A stretch of DNA of 64,000 nt from Thermoplasmata archaeon. Lineage in GTDB: Archaea; Thermoplasmatota; Thermoplasmata; Lutacidiplasmatales; UBA184. Every line of letters starts with the position of its first letter. The stretch's first letter is position 1. The stretch spans positions 1-64,000 of the forward strand of contig JAGWLG010000007.1 of assembly GCA_028864975.1 (NCBI GenBank), in the 5' to 3' direction. The notes beneath the pieces are model-generated. The model made no database searches and had not been told where the DNA came from. It saw nothing but the letters and a program-made list of their open reading frames with translations. This document shows positions 47,101 to 55,758 of this stretch, piece by piece. A program made the position numbers and the translations under genes.

Positions 47101-48470
47101 CGACGCTCGCCCGGCTCCTGGTCCCGGTGAGCGCGCTCCCCCGCGCCTCCATCTCGGCGAGCCCCTCAGGGGCGGTCGACGCCGGGGAGAACGTAGCGTT
47201 CTCGGCCAACGTGAGCGGGGGCGCTCCGCCCGTCACGTTCCTCTGGAAGTTCGGGGATGGGGGCGCGGGGATCTTTGAGAACACGAGCCACGTCTATCGC
47301 TTCGCGGGAAGCTACGCGGTCCGGTTCTTCGCGAACGACTCGACCGGGGACTCGGTGAACTCGACGCTCCTGCTCGCGGTCCACCCCGCTCCCACGGCTT
47401 CCCCCTCGGTCCAGCCTTCGGTCGGGGAGGCCGGGACCGCGCTCTCCTTCTTGGCGAACGCGTCGGGAGGGACGGCGCCGATCACCTGGACCTGGACCTT
47501 CGGAGATGGAGGCCGCTCCACCCAGGAGAACACCACGCACACCTACGCGAGCGAAGGGACCTTCCTCACGACGCTCTACGTGAACGACTCCGCCGGGACC
47601 GAGCTCGTGCGGTCCCTCCCGGTGGTCGTCGACCCCCCGCTCAGCACCTCGCTCGGCTTCTCGGCCAACGATGTGCGCGTCGGAGGTCCGAACGGCATCA
47701 CGGTCTCGGCCGGCCCATCGGGAGGCACGGGGACCTACCGCTTCGCCTGGGACCTCAACGGAAGCTCGCTCCCCGAGAGCACGCCGTCGTTCAGCTTCGG
47801 GCCGCGAGGGGCGGGGAACTTCACCTTCTCGCTGGTGGTCACGGACAGCGCGGGCTACTCCACCTCGGCGAACGGGGTCCTGACGATGCTTCCCCCCCTC
47901 GTCGTCCTCGCGACAGCTTCCCCGGAGAACTCGACCCTCGGGAGCACCGTCCAGCTGGTCGCCGAGGTCTACGCCCCCGAAGGACCGATCTCCTACGCCT
48001 GGTCCTTCTTGCCCGCCCCGTGTGAGGGCGCCGACGCCCCCTCGGTGAGCTGCGCGCCCTCGTCCGCGGGGCACTTCGCGGTGAGGGTGGTGGTCACGGA
48101 CTCGCGCGGCGTCCAGGCGGCGGGGTACGTCGGCTTCACGATCAATGGGCCCCCCTCGCGAGGTCCGAGCTTCCTCTCTTCCCCGTTCCTTCTCGAGGTG
48201 GCGGCGCTGTTGGGTGCGGCCGTCCTTATCGCGGTCGTGGTCATCATCGGCCACCGCCGGAACCGTAGGGCCGCAGAGCCTCCCGCGGAGACGGGAGCGC
48301 CAGCGTCGGAGGCTGCCGCGTTCGTCCCCGTACCCCTGACCTCGGCTCCGGCCGTGCCCCCCTCCACCTCTTCCACGCCGAAGCTCCCTGCCGCCGCAGT
48401 CGGTGCGGCGCCCGGACCCTCCGCTTCGGCGAAGCTGGGCGGGCCTCCCCCGCTACCCTTGAAGAAGTGA
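44151..48470 (+). CDS. Large surface protein: 5 unrecognised ~160-aa repeats plus PKD domains and C-terminal TM anchor
   Basis: Signal-like segment; repeats about every 480 nt; WxFGDG PKD motifs; TM at about 48180-48250. Confidence 0.85.
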   Translation: MPARLHVGGRPARSTEGLADRADVVPSRDPARHGGALAALLLSSLFLLSSIVPMSHFEVGGAPKTAQATSSPVLAASASPAPSPLASPSRSEGASPIVPGAQGASQPSPTPGGTSGTACPAAQFVLNGTESDTTVAAGSTDYWAASYPSSEAGEWLTGFEVTSSVAFVNAGTGPGSATALVELELTPVAYAPWGGTATSLLAPPPGVAVASWTLYLGGGNDASGQTGSQSCLTDTVPSADPYVTVVVSAGSSTLSKMVTTAAMSVDMVAPGAAGDCRTGQGIEYGGQTDSSPAAAGVESWASSDPSALVGEAVSGFEVSLSGAYSVAPTATAAYASVEAMLVLAPRPFTAWNSSGQAVPGLPAGAEVVGVFEVPVATTQGSGAVAVSTSCLDLVVPSTLPYLSLLLVVNSSSTNVLSAQVETTTFVSAAGIVPSGCEAGGMPQYGGESDVISSGSGGSGLWAASDPTDLSGDYLNSFQTSVVESYAGAPSAVPSFGTTLFWLFLSPVAYSGWNSGGQSVPSLPSGSLVLGAWSLSTGSGGDQEGTALYVSCLHLVVPNGQPYLSLLVDERGAVGLTSEVQSVTYATVTTHSTPCSIERNATAQLGQEDSVTPASTTAWWAASAPGTFGGDRVSGLTLSTSIAPNPGVAALPGDAYSLVWLLSTSTLYAGNNGPGTSLTGFPAGTVLASLKLATGSGFGSLDESVSLSCLDAIVPSGEPYLTTMIQIVSGPGGNLDAEVQSMVRAEPPSEASPCLAPASLRGPSIQAGGEADTLSSSGIGWFVASDPTNLSGEVVTSVAFSASLTFGTASATPTFGEALFALFFSRTPYTPWDSAGQSLGSFPPETAPVGQWILKTGSANESAAESSDATCLVVPVPRGAPYLSLMVDPLAASTPSLAAEMQVAVGTATPTPLTSVATVYPPSGGDAGRTSFFLSAAPTGGVAPYQATWSLGDGTWLQGHSQNHTYTSPGNYAVNVWTNDSLGNSTLARLLVPVSALPRASISASPSGAVDAGENVAFSANVSGGAPPVTFLWKFGDGGAGIFENTSHVYRFAGSYAVRFFANDSTGDSVNSTLLLAVHPAPTASPSVQPSVGEAGTALSFLANASGGTAPITWTWTFGDGGRSTQENTTHTYASEGTFLTTLYVNDSAGTELVRSLPVVVDPPLSTSLGFSANDVRVGGPNGITVSAGPSGGTGTYRFAWDLNGSSLPESTPSFSFGPRGAGNFTFSLVVTDSAGYSTSANGVLTMLPPLVVLATASPENSTLGSTVQLVAEVYAPEGPISYAWSFLPAPCEGADAPSVSCAPSSAGHFAVRVVVTDSRGVQAAGYVGFTINGPPSRGPSFLSSPFLLEVAALLGAAVLIAVVVIIGHRRNRRAAEPPAETGAPASEAAAFVPVPLTSAPAVPPSTSSTPKLPAAAVGAAPGPSASAKLGGPPPLPLKK

Positions 48471-48534
48471 GCGGGGGCGGAAGGGGAACTGCCCTTCCGT
48501 CCGCCCGCAGTTCGGCCCCAGGGTCTGGCCGAGC

Positions 48535-48792
48535 CTAGCCCGCAGGGATCGCCCAGGAGCCGCTGCCGTAGAGCGCCCCCGTGGGATAGACCCGGGTCTC
48601 CCGCACGAACTCCGGCCTCTCCCGACGGACGACCGGGAGGTCCGCGGGGTCGAGCGGGCTCTCCAGGCCGTGGACCGGGCAGAAGGTGATCCGGAGCTTG
48701 CGGTTGAGCTCGGCCTTCGTACCGCACCAACGGCAGACCATGGGTCGGCCTCGACTGTCGGCAAGGGCTTCCAACGTAGCGTTCTCGATCAT
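48535..48792 (-). CDS. Small CxxC/CxxH Zn-finger protein (paralog of 60339-60629)
   Basis: MVCRWCG...ITFCPVHG...GSWAIPAG. Confidence 0.75.
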   Translation of the reverse strand: MIENATLEALADSRGRPMVCRWCGTKAELNRKLRITFCPVHGLESPLDPADLPVVRRERPEFVRETRVYPTGALYGSGSWAIPAG

Positions 48793-48835
48793 GTTTGTGT
48801 CCCCTCCTCCTTCCTGTTGCACCGTGGGTTCACCC

Positions 48836-49261
48836 TCAGACCCCCCCGCGTCGCTCGCCCTCCTGGGCAGCGCCGTGCTGGGCCTCCTCGTCCTTCGAGA
48901 GCTGCTCGGCCGTCCGCCGGTCCGTCTCCATCCGTCGAGCTCGTTGCTGGGCGACCTCGCCGAGTCCGAGCTCGAGCGCCTTCTCGAGCGCCGCTTCGAG
49001 GCTCCCGGAGAACCCGTTCGCGATCGACCGCTCGAGCTCGCGGCAAAGGCTCACGGGGACATCGACGAGCCGTCCGCGTGGGGCCTGTTCCCCGGGGGCC
49101 CGCTGGGGGACGCCCGCTTCGCCGGCCTCGCGTAGAACGTGACGGACCGCCTCCGAGCGGTTCGCGAACCCTCGCTCCTCGACGATCGTGTCGAGGTGAG
49201 CGAGCTCTTCCTGGCTCAACCGCACGCCGAGGTAGCGTTCCTCGTTCGCGCGGGATTTCAC
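48836..49261 (-). CDS. Ribbon-helix-helix (CopG/NikR-like) protein, probably two RHH units
   Basis: LGVRLSQEELAHLD...GFANRSEAVR; second unit VDVPVSL...GFSGSLEAAL. Confidence 0.75.
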   Translation of the reverse strand: MKSRANEERYLGVRLSQEELAHLDTIVEERGFANRSEAVRHVLREAGEAGVPQRAPGEQAPRGRLVDVPVSLCRELERSIANGFSGSLEAALEKALELGLGEVAQQRARRMETDRRTAEQLSKDEEAQHGAAQEGERRGGV

Positions 49262-49449
49262 AAAAAATCACATGGTCAAACTAGTATATGAATTATGGTT
49301 AAACGCCTCCCAATCCTGAGGGCCCTCCGCGATCCCGAACTCCCCTCGCGCAGAACGCTCGCGTCCTTCCGCACAACCCTGCGACGGCTCCGACGGAGCA
49401 CACATCTTTTTGAGGGCAGGTCACTGCGGACGCCGAACGAGGTCATGCC

Positions 49450-49836
49450 ATGGCGTGGACACAAGCGGAGGTTCGCGAGCTCAAAGAGGGCCGCTACATG
49501 CTGATCGACAACGAGCCGTGCAAGATCCTCTCGATCCAGACCTCGAAACCTGGGAAGCATGGCGAAGCGAAGGCCCGCATCGACGCCGTCGGGATCTTCA
49601 ACGGGAACAAGACCTCGGTCGTCTATCCCGTGAAGCACAAGGTCCAGGTCCCGATCATCAACAAGCGGACCGCGCAGGTGCTCTCGCTCTCCGGCTCGGA
49701 GGCCCAGCTCATGGACCTCGAGACCTACGAGACCTTCAACATCAACCTGGAAGCGGAACAGCAGGGGATCTTGCCTGGGCAAGAGGTGGGCTACATCTCC
49801 GCCATGGGCAAACGCAAGCTCCAGGTCAACCCGTGA
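49450..49836 (+). CDS. eif5a: Translation initiation/elongation factor 5A
   Basis: [13 protein letters not shown] hypusination loop. Confidence 0.97.
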   Translation: MAWTQAEVRELKEGRYMLIDNEPCKILSIQTSKPGKHGEAKARIDAVGIFNGNKTSVVYPVKHKVQVPIINKRTAQVLSLSGSEAQLMDLETYETFNINLEAEQQGILPGQEVGYISAMGKRKLQVNP

Positions 49837-49992
49837 GCGGGACCCTCGCGCGACGGGACCCCTGAGGTCGGTCGGATGCGACCGGGCGAGGGCGCCCGGA
49901 GCCCCCCCTCCGACTATGCCGTTTATAACGTAGCCCGGTATGATTTCCTCGGTCGCGTGCGGGCCGGTTAGGCGAGGCAGGAGGGTAAACCT

Positions 49993-52900
49993 ACGGCCAT
50001 TGGGGGAGGGTTCGGGGCCGGCCGCGCCAAGGACCTCGCCAAGGCTGCGGAGGCCCTTCGCAAGCAGAAGTCCGGCGCGGACGAGGCAAGGAAACGGGCC
50101 GACGAGGCGGTCCAGACGCTGAAGGCGGTGGGGGTAGCCCCCACTTCCGAGGTGAGCGAGCTCGAGGGCCAGCTCCGCGACGCCGTCAAAGCGATCCAGT
50201 GGGAGAAGGCCGAGAAGGTCGCGAACGAACTGAAGGAGCACGCGGAGAAGGCCACCCGCGAGGCGCTCTCCTCCCGACTCTCCCCGCTCCGCACGCGCTC
50301 GGACCACCTCGCGCGCGCGCTAGGCGTGTTGCCTCCAGAGGTGGAGTCGGCCGCCAAGTCGGCCGAGGAGGCGCTCAAGGAGGGGAAGTTCCGCGAGGCA
50401 GCGGAAGGAGAGCAGACCTGGGAGCGGGAGCTCAAGAAGTCCGAGGAAGGGCTGACCCGTGCCACACGCGAGCGTGTGCGCGAGGTCGTCGCCTGGGCGG
50501 GCGAGGGCTCCCGCCTGGAGGAGGTCGAGAAGAAGCTCGAACCCTGCTTCCAAGCGCTCTCCGAAGGTGACGCGAAGACCGCGGGCCCGTGCTTCGAAAA
50601 GAACCTCGCCGCCGCGTTGCCCGAGGGCCCCAAGAAGCTCCAGCAGAAGGCGCAGGAGGTCCAGGGGTTGGTGAAGCTCGCGAAGGAGCTCGAGATCGAC
50701 GCCCCAGGGCTCTCGAAGGCCCTCGAGGCCGCGCGCGACGCGACGATCCTCTCCATGGACCGCGCCGCAGCCGCGATCGAGGAGGCGAAGCACTCGACCG
50801 AGCGAGAGCTACGCGACCGCTCGCTCCAGCGCGTGAAGGAGCTCCGTGCCTTCTCCGAGACCCTCAAGGAAGAGGGGGCGGAGTTCTCCGAGGGGGCCGC
50901 GACGTTGGAGGAGGTCCTGAGCCAACTTCCGAAGGCGCAGCTCGAGGACTTGAAGGGGCTCGTCACGAAGGCGACCGAGGCGGTGGAAGGGCCGGCGATG
51001 AGCGTCGTTGCCGCCTACATCGATGAGGTGCGTCCACGGCTCGTCGAGGCCCGTCAGCTCGGGAGGAACGCGCTCCCGGCGATCGAGGAGGTGAACAAGG
51101 CCCGGGACGCCTACCGGAAGAAGGACTTCCGCACAGCGGTCGCGAGCGCGCAGCGGGCGCTCGAGATGGTGAGCGAGCTCGTGGCCGACATGGAGGCCGG
51201 TCACGAGGAGGTCAGCGAGTTCAAGCACCTCTTGACACGGCTCGGTACGGGTGGCCTCAGCTCCCCCGCGTACGACCAGTTCGTCGAACGCGCGGAGGCC
51301 GCGCTCCGGCACAACGAGCTCGACAAGATGCGCTCAGAGCTGCAGGAGGGGCTCCGCGTGGTCGGGCGGGAGAGCCTGCCGTTCTTTCGCGGACAGTTGG
51401 ACTCCTGCCGCAGGGTCATTTCCATGGTCGAGGACCGGGGATGGTCGGTCCCTGAGCTTCCCGAGAAGCTGAAGTCGGTACGCGCCAACTTCCAGGAGGG
51501 TCGCTTCGCTGAGACCGCGGAAGCCCTCTCGAACTTCCGGGCGCTGCTCCGTTCCACCGTCGCGCCCCACCTCTCCCAGCGCCTGGAGGAGCTCGGGAAG
51601 GCGCTCGAGGAGATCCAGGACCCGGATTCCGTCGCCGGCGTCCGTCGCCTCATGGCCGAGACCGACATCGCGCTGAAGGTCAAGGAGGACGTCGAGCAAG
51701 CCCTCGACAAGCTCGCCCAGACCGAGAAGGAGCTCGCGGTCACGTTCGCTGCCCGGGCCTCCAGCCTGGTCGACGAGCTGGACGAGGAGGTCCGCGGCCT
51801 CGGGGACATGGGGCTCGAGACGTCGAACCTCCGCCGCGAGATCCAGCAGATCCACCAGATCTTCGACATGGGGGACTTCGTCAAGGCCTCCCGCGCGAGC
51901 CGGGAGCTCAAGGCCCGGCTGCTCCAGCAGCAGCTCCTCCGCGCGGAGGCGGAGGTCTCCAAGGCGAAGTTCTCCCTGGTCGAGCTGGCGAAGATGGGGC
52001 TCGAGCCGGCGGACCTCAGGGCGGGCCTCGTCGATGCGACGGAGCGGGTCCGCTCGGGGCGCTACCCCGGGGCGTACGCGCGTGCCTCCCAGGTCCGTGG
52101 TGACGTCGAGAGGATCAAGACCACCGCGCAGAAGGTCCGCGAGGAGATCGGATCGCTCGCGGAGATCGTCTCGGGCCTTCGGAAGGGCGGCGTGGGTCAG
52201 GAGGAGCTCCAACCGATCCTCCCCCGCGCCAAGCAGGCCTCCGAGGCCTACCAGGCCATGGACTTCGACAAGGCCCTGACCCTGGTCTCGGACCTCAAGA
52301 CCTCCCTGCGGGCCGTCGCCCAGCGCCGAGAGGCGCTCAAGACCCTCGCGGAGCTGGACGCCCTCTTGGCCAGCAGCCGGCAGGTCCTGGCGAGCGAGGC
52401 GGGGTGGGAGAAGGACCTGCGAGAGGCGCAGTCCAAGGTCGCCAGTGGGGAGTCCGCCGAGGGGCTGGAGGCGTTGAAGACCCTACGTCCGCGCATCGTC
52501 GACGGCGTCCGCTCGGGACTCGATGCGCAGCTCAAGATGCTGGAGGCCGACCTTCGTTCCGCACGGTCGGCGGGGCTCGACACTTCGCAGGTGGAAGGCC
52601 CGCTCTCTGAGGCCCGTCGCAAGCTCTCGGAGCCGATCCCCACGGGGGTGGCCGAGCTCATCGACCGCTCTCGCCGGGAGTTCTTCCAGGGGAGGGCCTA
52701 CCTCGAACAGGCGCAAAAGTCGGTGGCCCTCGCCCGCGAGGCCGTGAACCAAGGCGAATTGGTCCGAGCGGACGTGACCGACCTCAAGCCCCGTCTCGCC
52801 GAGATGGAGGGTCGCTTCGCCGCCGGCGAATCGTCGGTCGCCCTGGAGCTAGCCCAGCGCCTGCACGCGGAGGCGACGGAGCGCGTGCGAACGCAGGTGA

Positions 52901-54459
52901 CGAAGACCCTCGCCAGCTTCCAAGCGATGATCAACCGGGCGAAGATGGAGGGGGCGATCACGGCGGTCGCGGAGAACCTCCTCGTTCAGGCTCGGAACCT
53001 GCTCATCGCGGGCAAGCCCCTCGAAGCGCTTCGCCTCGCCACCCGAAGCGAGACGGAGCTCGAGCGGGTGGAGCTCCAGCACTCGCTCGCGACGAACGCG
53101 CTCATCACCCTCAAGGCGAAGCTCGACGATGCGCGCGACCAGGGGGTGAAGGCCCCCGACGCCGAGCGAGAGGTCGCCCGGGCCGAGGATATGATGGCGC
53201 GCGGGGACTACGCCACGGTCCTCGAAAGGACCATGGACGGGGGAGACTTCCTCCTCCGAGCCTCGGAGCAGCTCCGGCGGGCGAAGGAGGCCGTTGAAGG
53301 GACGAGCAAGCTGCTGGCCACTTTGAGCGGTGTGGAGGCCGACCTCTCGGTCCCGAAGAACGACCTGGACCAGGCCCGCGCCCTCCTGGCGGAAGGTAAG
53401 TACTCCGAGTCCCAGACCCTCGCTCGCACCGCGGGGGAGACCGCCCGTGGGGTGGTGGAGGCCCTGATCGCCCAAAGGATGACGGACGTGAAGGGCCGCT
53501 TCGCGGCCGTCCAGTCTCTGGACGCGACAGCGGCCCAGAACTTCGCTCCCCTGGTCTCCCGCGCCGACGAGTCCCTCAAGGTGCGGGACTGGAAGGGCGC
53601 CTTGGACGGGCTCTCGGCGGCCAAGACGAAGCTGGAGGAGGGCCTCGCATCCCTGCTCTCGGGCGAACAGGAGAAACTGAAGGGACTTTGGAAGGAGGTC
53701 CCCCCGGTCGACGAGGCGGACGCTGCTGCCCGGGCGAAGGTCACCGACGAGCTTCGTGCCGCGCGAGACAAGGCGGACTACGCTCGCTTCAGGGAACTTC
53801 TCGACCAAGCGGTCAAGGACGCGCAATCGCTCCGCCGCAAGCACCTCGAGCGCGAGGTGGCCGACATGGAGTCGCGGGTGCTCCTGGGCGAGCGTCTGGG
53901 CGTGGACATGACCCCCGTCATGGAGTCCTTCAGCGAGGTGAAGATGAACCTCAAGAGCGGACCGATCGAGCCGATGATGGTCCAGCTCGCGAAGTGCGAG
54001 GAGTCGTTATCGAAGCTCCTGGGCACACGGCTCACCGACCGGTCGACCGAGCTCGCGGGGGAGACCGCCTTCGCCCGAGACGGCCTCAGCATGGAGGTCG
54101 CGCCGGTCGAGAGGATGCTCCGGGAGGTGGAGACGCTCCAGGGCTCGGGCGATGTGGTGGGCGCCGCGCGCCGCTTGGTCGAGGCGGAGACCGAGCTCGC
54201 GAAGCGCAAGGAGCTGCACTGGCAGTTGACCAACACCCAGTACATGATCGACCAGAAGCTCGCGACCCTGACCGACCGGAAGGTCGATGTCGGGGCCGTT
54301 CGGGACCTCCTGGGCGAGGCGCTCAAGGCTCGGCAGACCGACTATGCCAAGGCGCTGGAGCTCTCGCAGAAGGCGCTGGACGAACTTCGCAAGCTCCTCA
54401 ACGAGGGTTCCCCCGCGGGGTCGTCCTCGAGCGGGCGCGAGAAGGCGACCTCGAGTTAG
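49993..54459 (+). CDS. Giant all-helical coiled-coil repeat protein (probable ACG start; track start 50128)
   Basis: About 1490 aa, A/E/L/K/R-rich, with no TM and no NTPase motif. Frame is open to 49975; GGAGG precedes ACG at 49993. Confidence 0.85.
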   Translation, partial: TAIGGGFGAGRAKDLAKAAEALRKQKSGADEARKRADEAVQTLKAVGVAPTSEVSELEGQLRDAVKAIQWEKAEKVANELKEHAEKATREALSSRLSPLRTRSDHLARALGVLPPEVESAAKSAEEALKEGKFREAAEGEQTWERELKKSEEGLTRATRERVREVVAWAGEGSRLEEVEKKLEPCFQALSEGDAKTAGPCFEKNLAAALPEGPKKLQQKAQEVQGLVKLAKELEIDAPGLSKALEAARDATILSMDRAAAAIEEAKHSTERELRDRSLQRVKELRAFSETLKEEGAEFSEGAATLEEVLSQLPKAQLEDLKGLVTKATEAVEGPAMSVVAAYIDEVRPRLVEARQLGRNALPAIEEVNKARDAYRKKDFRTAVASAQRALEMVSELVADMEAGHEEVSEFKHLLTRLGTGGLSSPAYDQFVERAEAALRHNELDKMRSELQEGLRVVGRESLPFFRGQLDSCRRVISMVEDRGWSVPELPEKLKSVRANFQEGRFAETAEALSNFRALLRSTVAPHLSQRLEELGKALEEIQDPDSVAGVRRLMAETDIALKVKEDVEQALDKLAQTEKELAVTFAARASSLVDELDEEVRGLGDMGLETSNLRREIQQIHQIFDMGDFVKASRASRELKARLLQQQLLRAEAEVSKAKFSLVELAKMGLEPADLRAGLVDATERVRSGRYPGAYARASQVRGDVERIKTTAQKVREEIGSLAEIVSGLRKGGVGQEELQPILPRAKQASEAYQAMDFDKALTLVSDLKTSLRAVAQRREALKTLAELDALLASSRQVLASEAGWEKDLREAQSKVASGESAEGLEALKTLRPRIVDGVRSGLDAQLKMLEADLRSARSAGLDTSQVEGPLSEARRKLSEPIPTGVAELIDRSRREFFQGRAYLEQAQKSVALAREAVNQGELVRADVTDLKPRLAEMEGRFAAGESSVALELAQRLHAEATERVRTQVTKTLASFQAMINRAKMEGAITAVAENLLVQARNLLIAGKPLEALRLATRSETELERVELQHSLATNALITLKAKLDDARDQGVKAPDAEREVARAEDMMARGDYATVLERTMDGGDFLLRASEQLRRAKEAVEGTSKLLATLSGVEADLSVPKNDLDQARALLAEGKYSESQTLARTAGETARGVVEALIAQRMTDVKGRFAAVQSLDATAAQNFAPLVSRADESLKVRDWKGALDGLSAAKTKLEEGLASLLSGEQEKLKGLWKEVPPVDEADAAARAKVTDELRAARDKADYARFRELLDQAVKDAQSLRRKHLEREVADMESRVLLGERLGVDMTPVMESFSEVKMNLKSGPIEPMMVQLAKCEESLSKLLGTRLTDRSTELAGETAFARDGLSMEVAPVERMLREVETLQGSGDVVGAARRLVEAETELAKRKELHWQLTNTQYMIDQKLATLTDRKVDVGAVRDLLGEALKARQTDYAKALELSQKALDELRKLLNEGSPAGSSSSGREKATSS

Positions 54460-54474
54460 GGGCCGAGCCCTCCG

Positions 54475-54831
54475 CTACTTTCCTAGACCTCGCTCGGCCT
54501 GGGGCAGATGGGGCCCTTCGACCTGGAAGGCGGCGAACCCGTCCTCCACCACGTGGTCGATGGTCGCCCCGGCGAACGCCGCCTGGCTCTCCGGGTCGAC
54601 CACGAAGGGAAGCCCCTCCACCTCGAAGACCACCTCTCCGCGTGTCGCGGGCCGCAGCGCGAGATGGGGGTGGGGGGGGTCCCCCGGCACCATCGTAAGA
54701 TGGACGACGCTTCCTCGGGGGCGGATCCGCAGGAGGTCGGTGAGCGCCTCCCTTGCCGGCGCCGTGAGCCTGAGGGAGATGAGGGGCGGCGAGAGCGCGA
54801 ATTCACGTCGTCCCTTTTGAGGCTCGTCCAT
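54475..54831 (-). CDS. HesB/IscA-like fold protein lacking cysteines
   Basis: LRLTAPAREAL...VFEVEGLPFVVDPES...GATIDHV...FQVEGP. Confidence 0.6.
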   Translation of the reverse strand: MDEPQKGRREFALSPPLISLRLTAPAREALTDLLRIRPRGSVVHLTMVPGDPPHPHLALRPATRGEVVFEVEGLPFVVDPESQAAFAGATIDHVVEDGFAAFQVEGPHLPQAERGLGK

Positions 54832-54937
54832 GGAGCACATCCGCTCGTCCAGGGGTCGCAGGACCTCCCTTCGATGGGAGGATATAACCTTCGCAAGACC
54901 GCTTGGTAGATAAGTAGGGATGCGCATACACTGACCG

Positions 54938-55105
54938 ATGGTCGTCGTGGCCCAGGTTCATCGGGCCCTGCCCGAGGAGCAGGCCGAGCGGCAGCTGGCC
55001 CTGAGCCGCGCGGTGGACCGTGCCTCGGCCTGGTCCAGCTTGATGGAGCGGCTCCGGTCGAGCGTGAAGGAGCGCGAGGAGCGCCATCGCACGGCGACCC
55101 CTTGA
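54938..55105 (+). CDS. Possible 55-aa helical protein (below the ORF-track cut-off)
   Basis: MVVVAQVHRALPEEQAERQLALSRAVDRASAWSSLMERLRSSVKEREERHRTATP; AT-rich element about 25 nt upstream. Confidence 0.4.
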   Translation: MVVVAQVHRALPEEQAERQLALSRAVDRASAWSSLMERLRSSVKEREERHRTATP

Positions 55106-55145
55106 CCCCGATCGGAGAAGGCTCGTCCTCCGCGACTTCCCCCAG

Positions 55146-55664
55146 GTGTGCGACGAGCCGACGGGCTCGGCTCACTGGCCATCGGTCTTGGCGAACTTGA
55201 TGTATCGGGCAGTCCGTGCGCAACTTGGAGAGCCGAGGTTGACCGCCAACGCAGGTCTCCCGCCGCGGGGCAAGTCCCCCGCTCAGCAGATCGACAAGAT
55301 GATCCGGGACACGCCGGACTGGAGAGGGAAGACCCTGTCCGCGCTTCGAACGGTGATCCTTCGCGCGGACCCCAAGATCGTCGAAGAGGTGAAGTGGAGG
55401 AAACCGAGCAACCCGGATGGGGTCCCCGTCTGGTCGCACGATGGGATCGTCTGCGTCGCGAACATCCTCAAGGGCGCGGTCCGGCTGACCTTTCCCCACG
55501 GTCCCGAGATCAGGGACCCGAAGCGGTTGTTCAACACTCGGCTAGACAGCAAGGTGGTCCGCGCGATAGACGTACAGGAGGGCGGGAGGGTCAACGAACC
55601 GGCGCTGCGGGCAATCGTTCGCGACGCCGTCCGGCTGAACACCTCGAAGGCCCGTGAGCGCTAG
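55146..55664 (+). CDS. DUF1801/YdhG-like protein (true start likely downstream)
   Basis: IVEEVKWRKP..GVPVWSHDG...VRLTFPHG...DPKRLFN. Confidence 0.85.
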   Translation: MCDEPTGSAHWPSVLANLMYRAVRAQLGEPRLTANAGLPPRGKSPAQQIDKMIRDTPDWRGKTLSALRTVILRADPKIVEEVKWRKPSNPDGVPVWSHDGIVCVANILKGAVRLTFPHGPEIRDPKRLFNTRLDSKVVRAIDVQEGGRVNEPALRAIVRDAVRLNTSKARER

Positions 55665-55758
55665 AGGCGCGGTCGTTCGTTCCTCACGGTGCGCGGCCCG
55701 ACGGGGCGTCCCGGCCCCCCTGTGAGATTCGAGGCCTTTCCGCCCCTGGGAGACGGTC

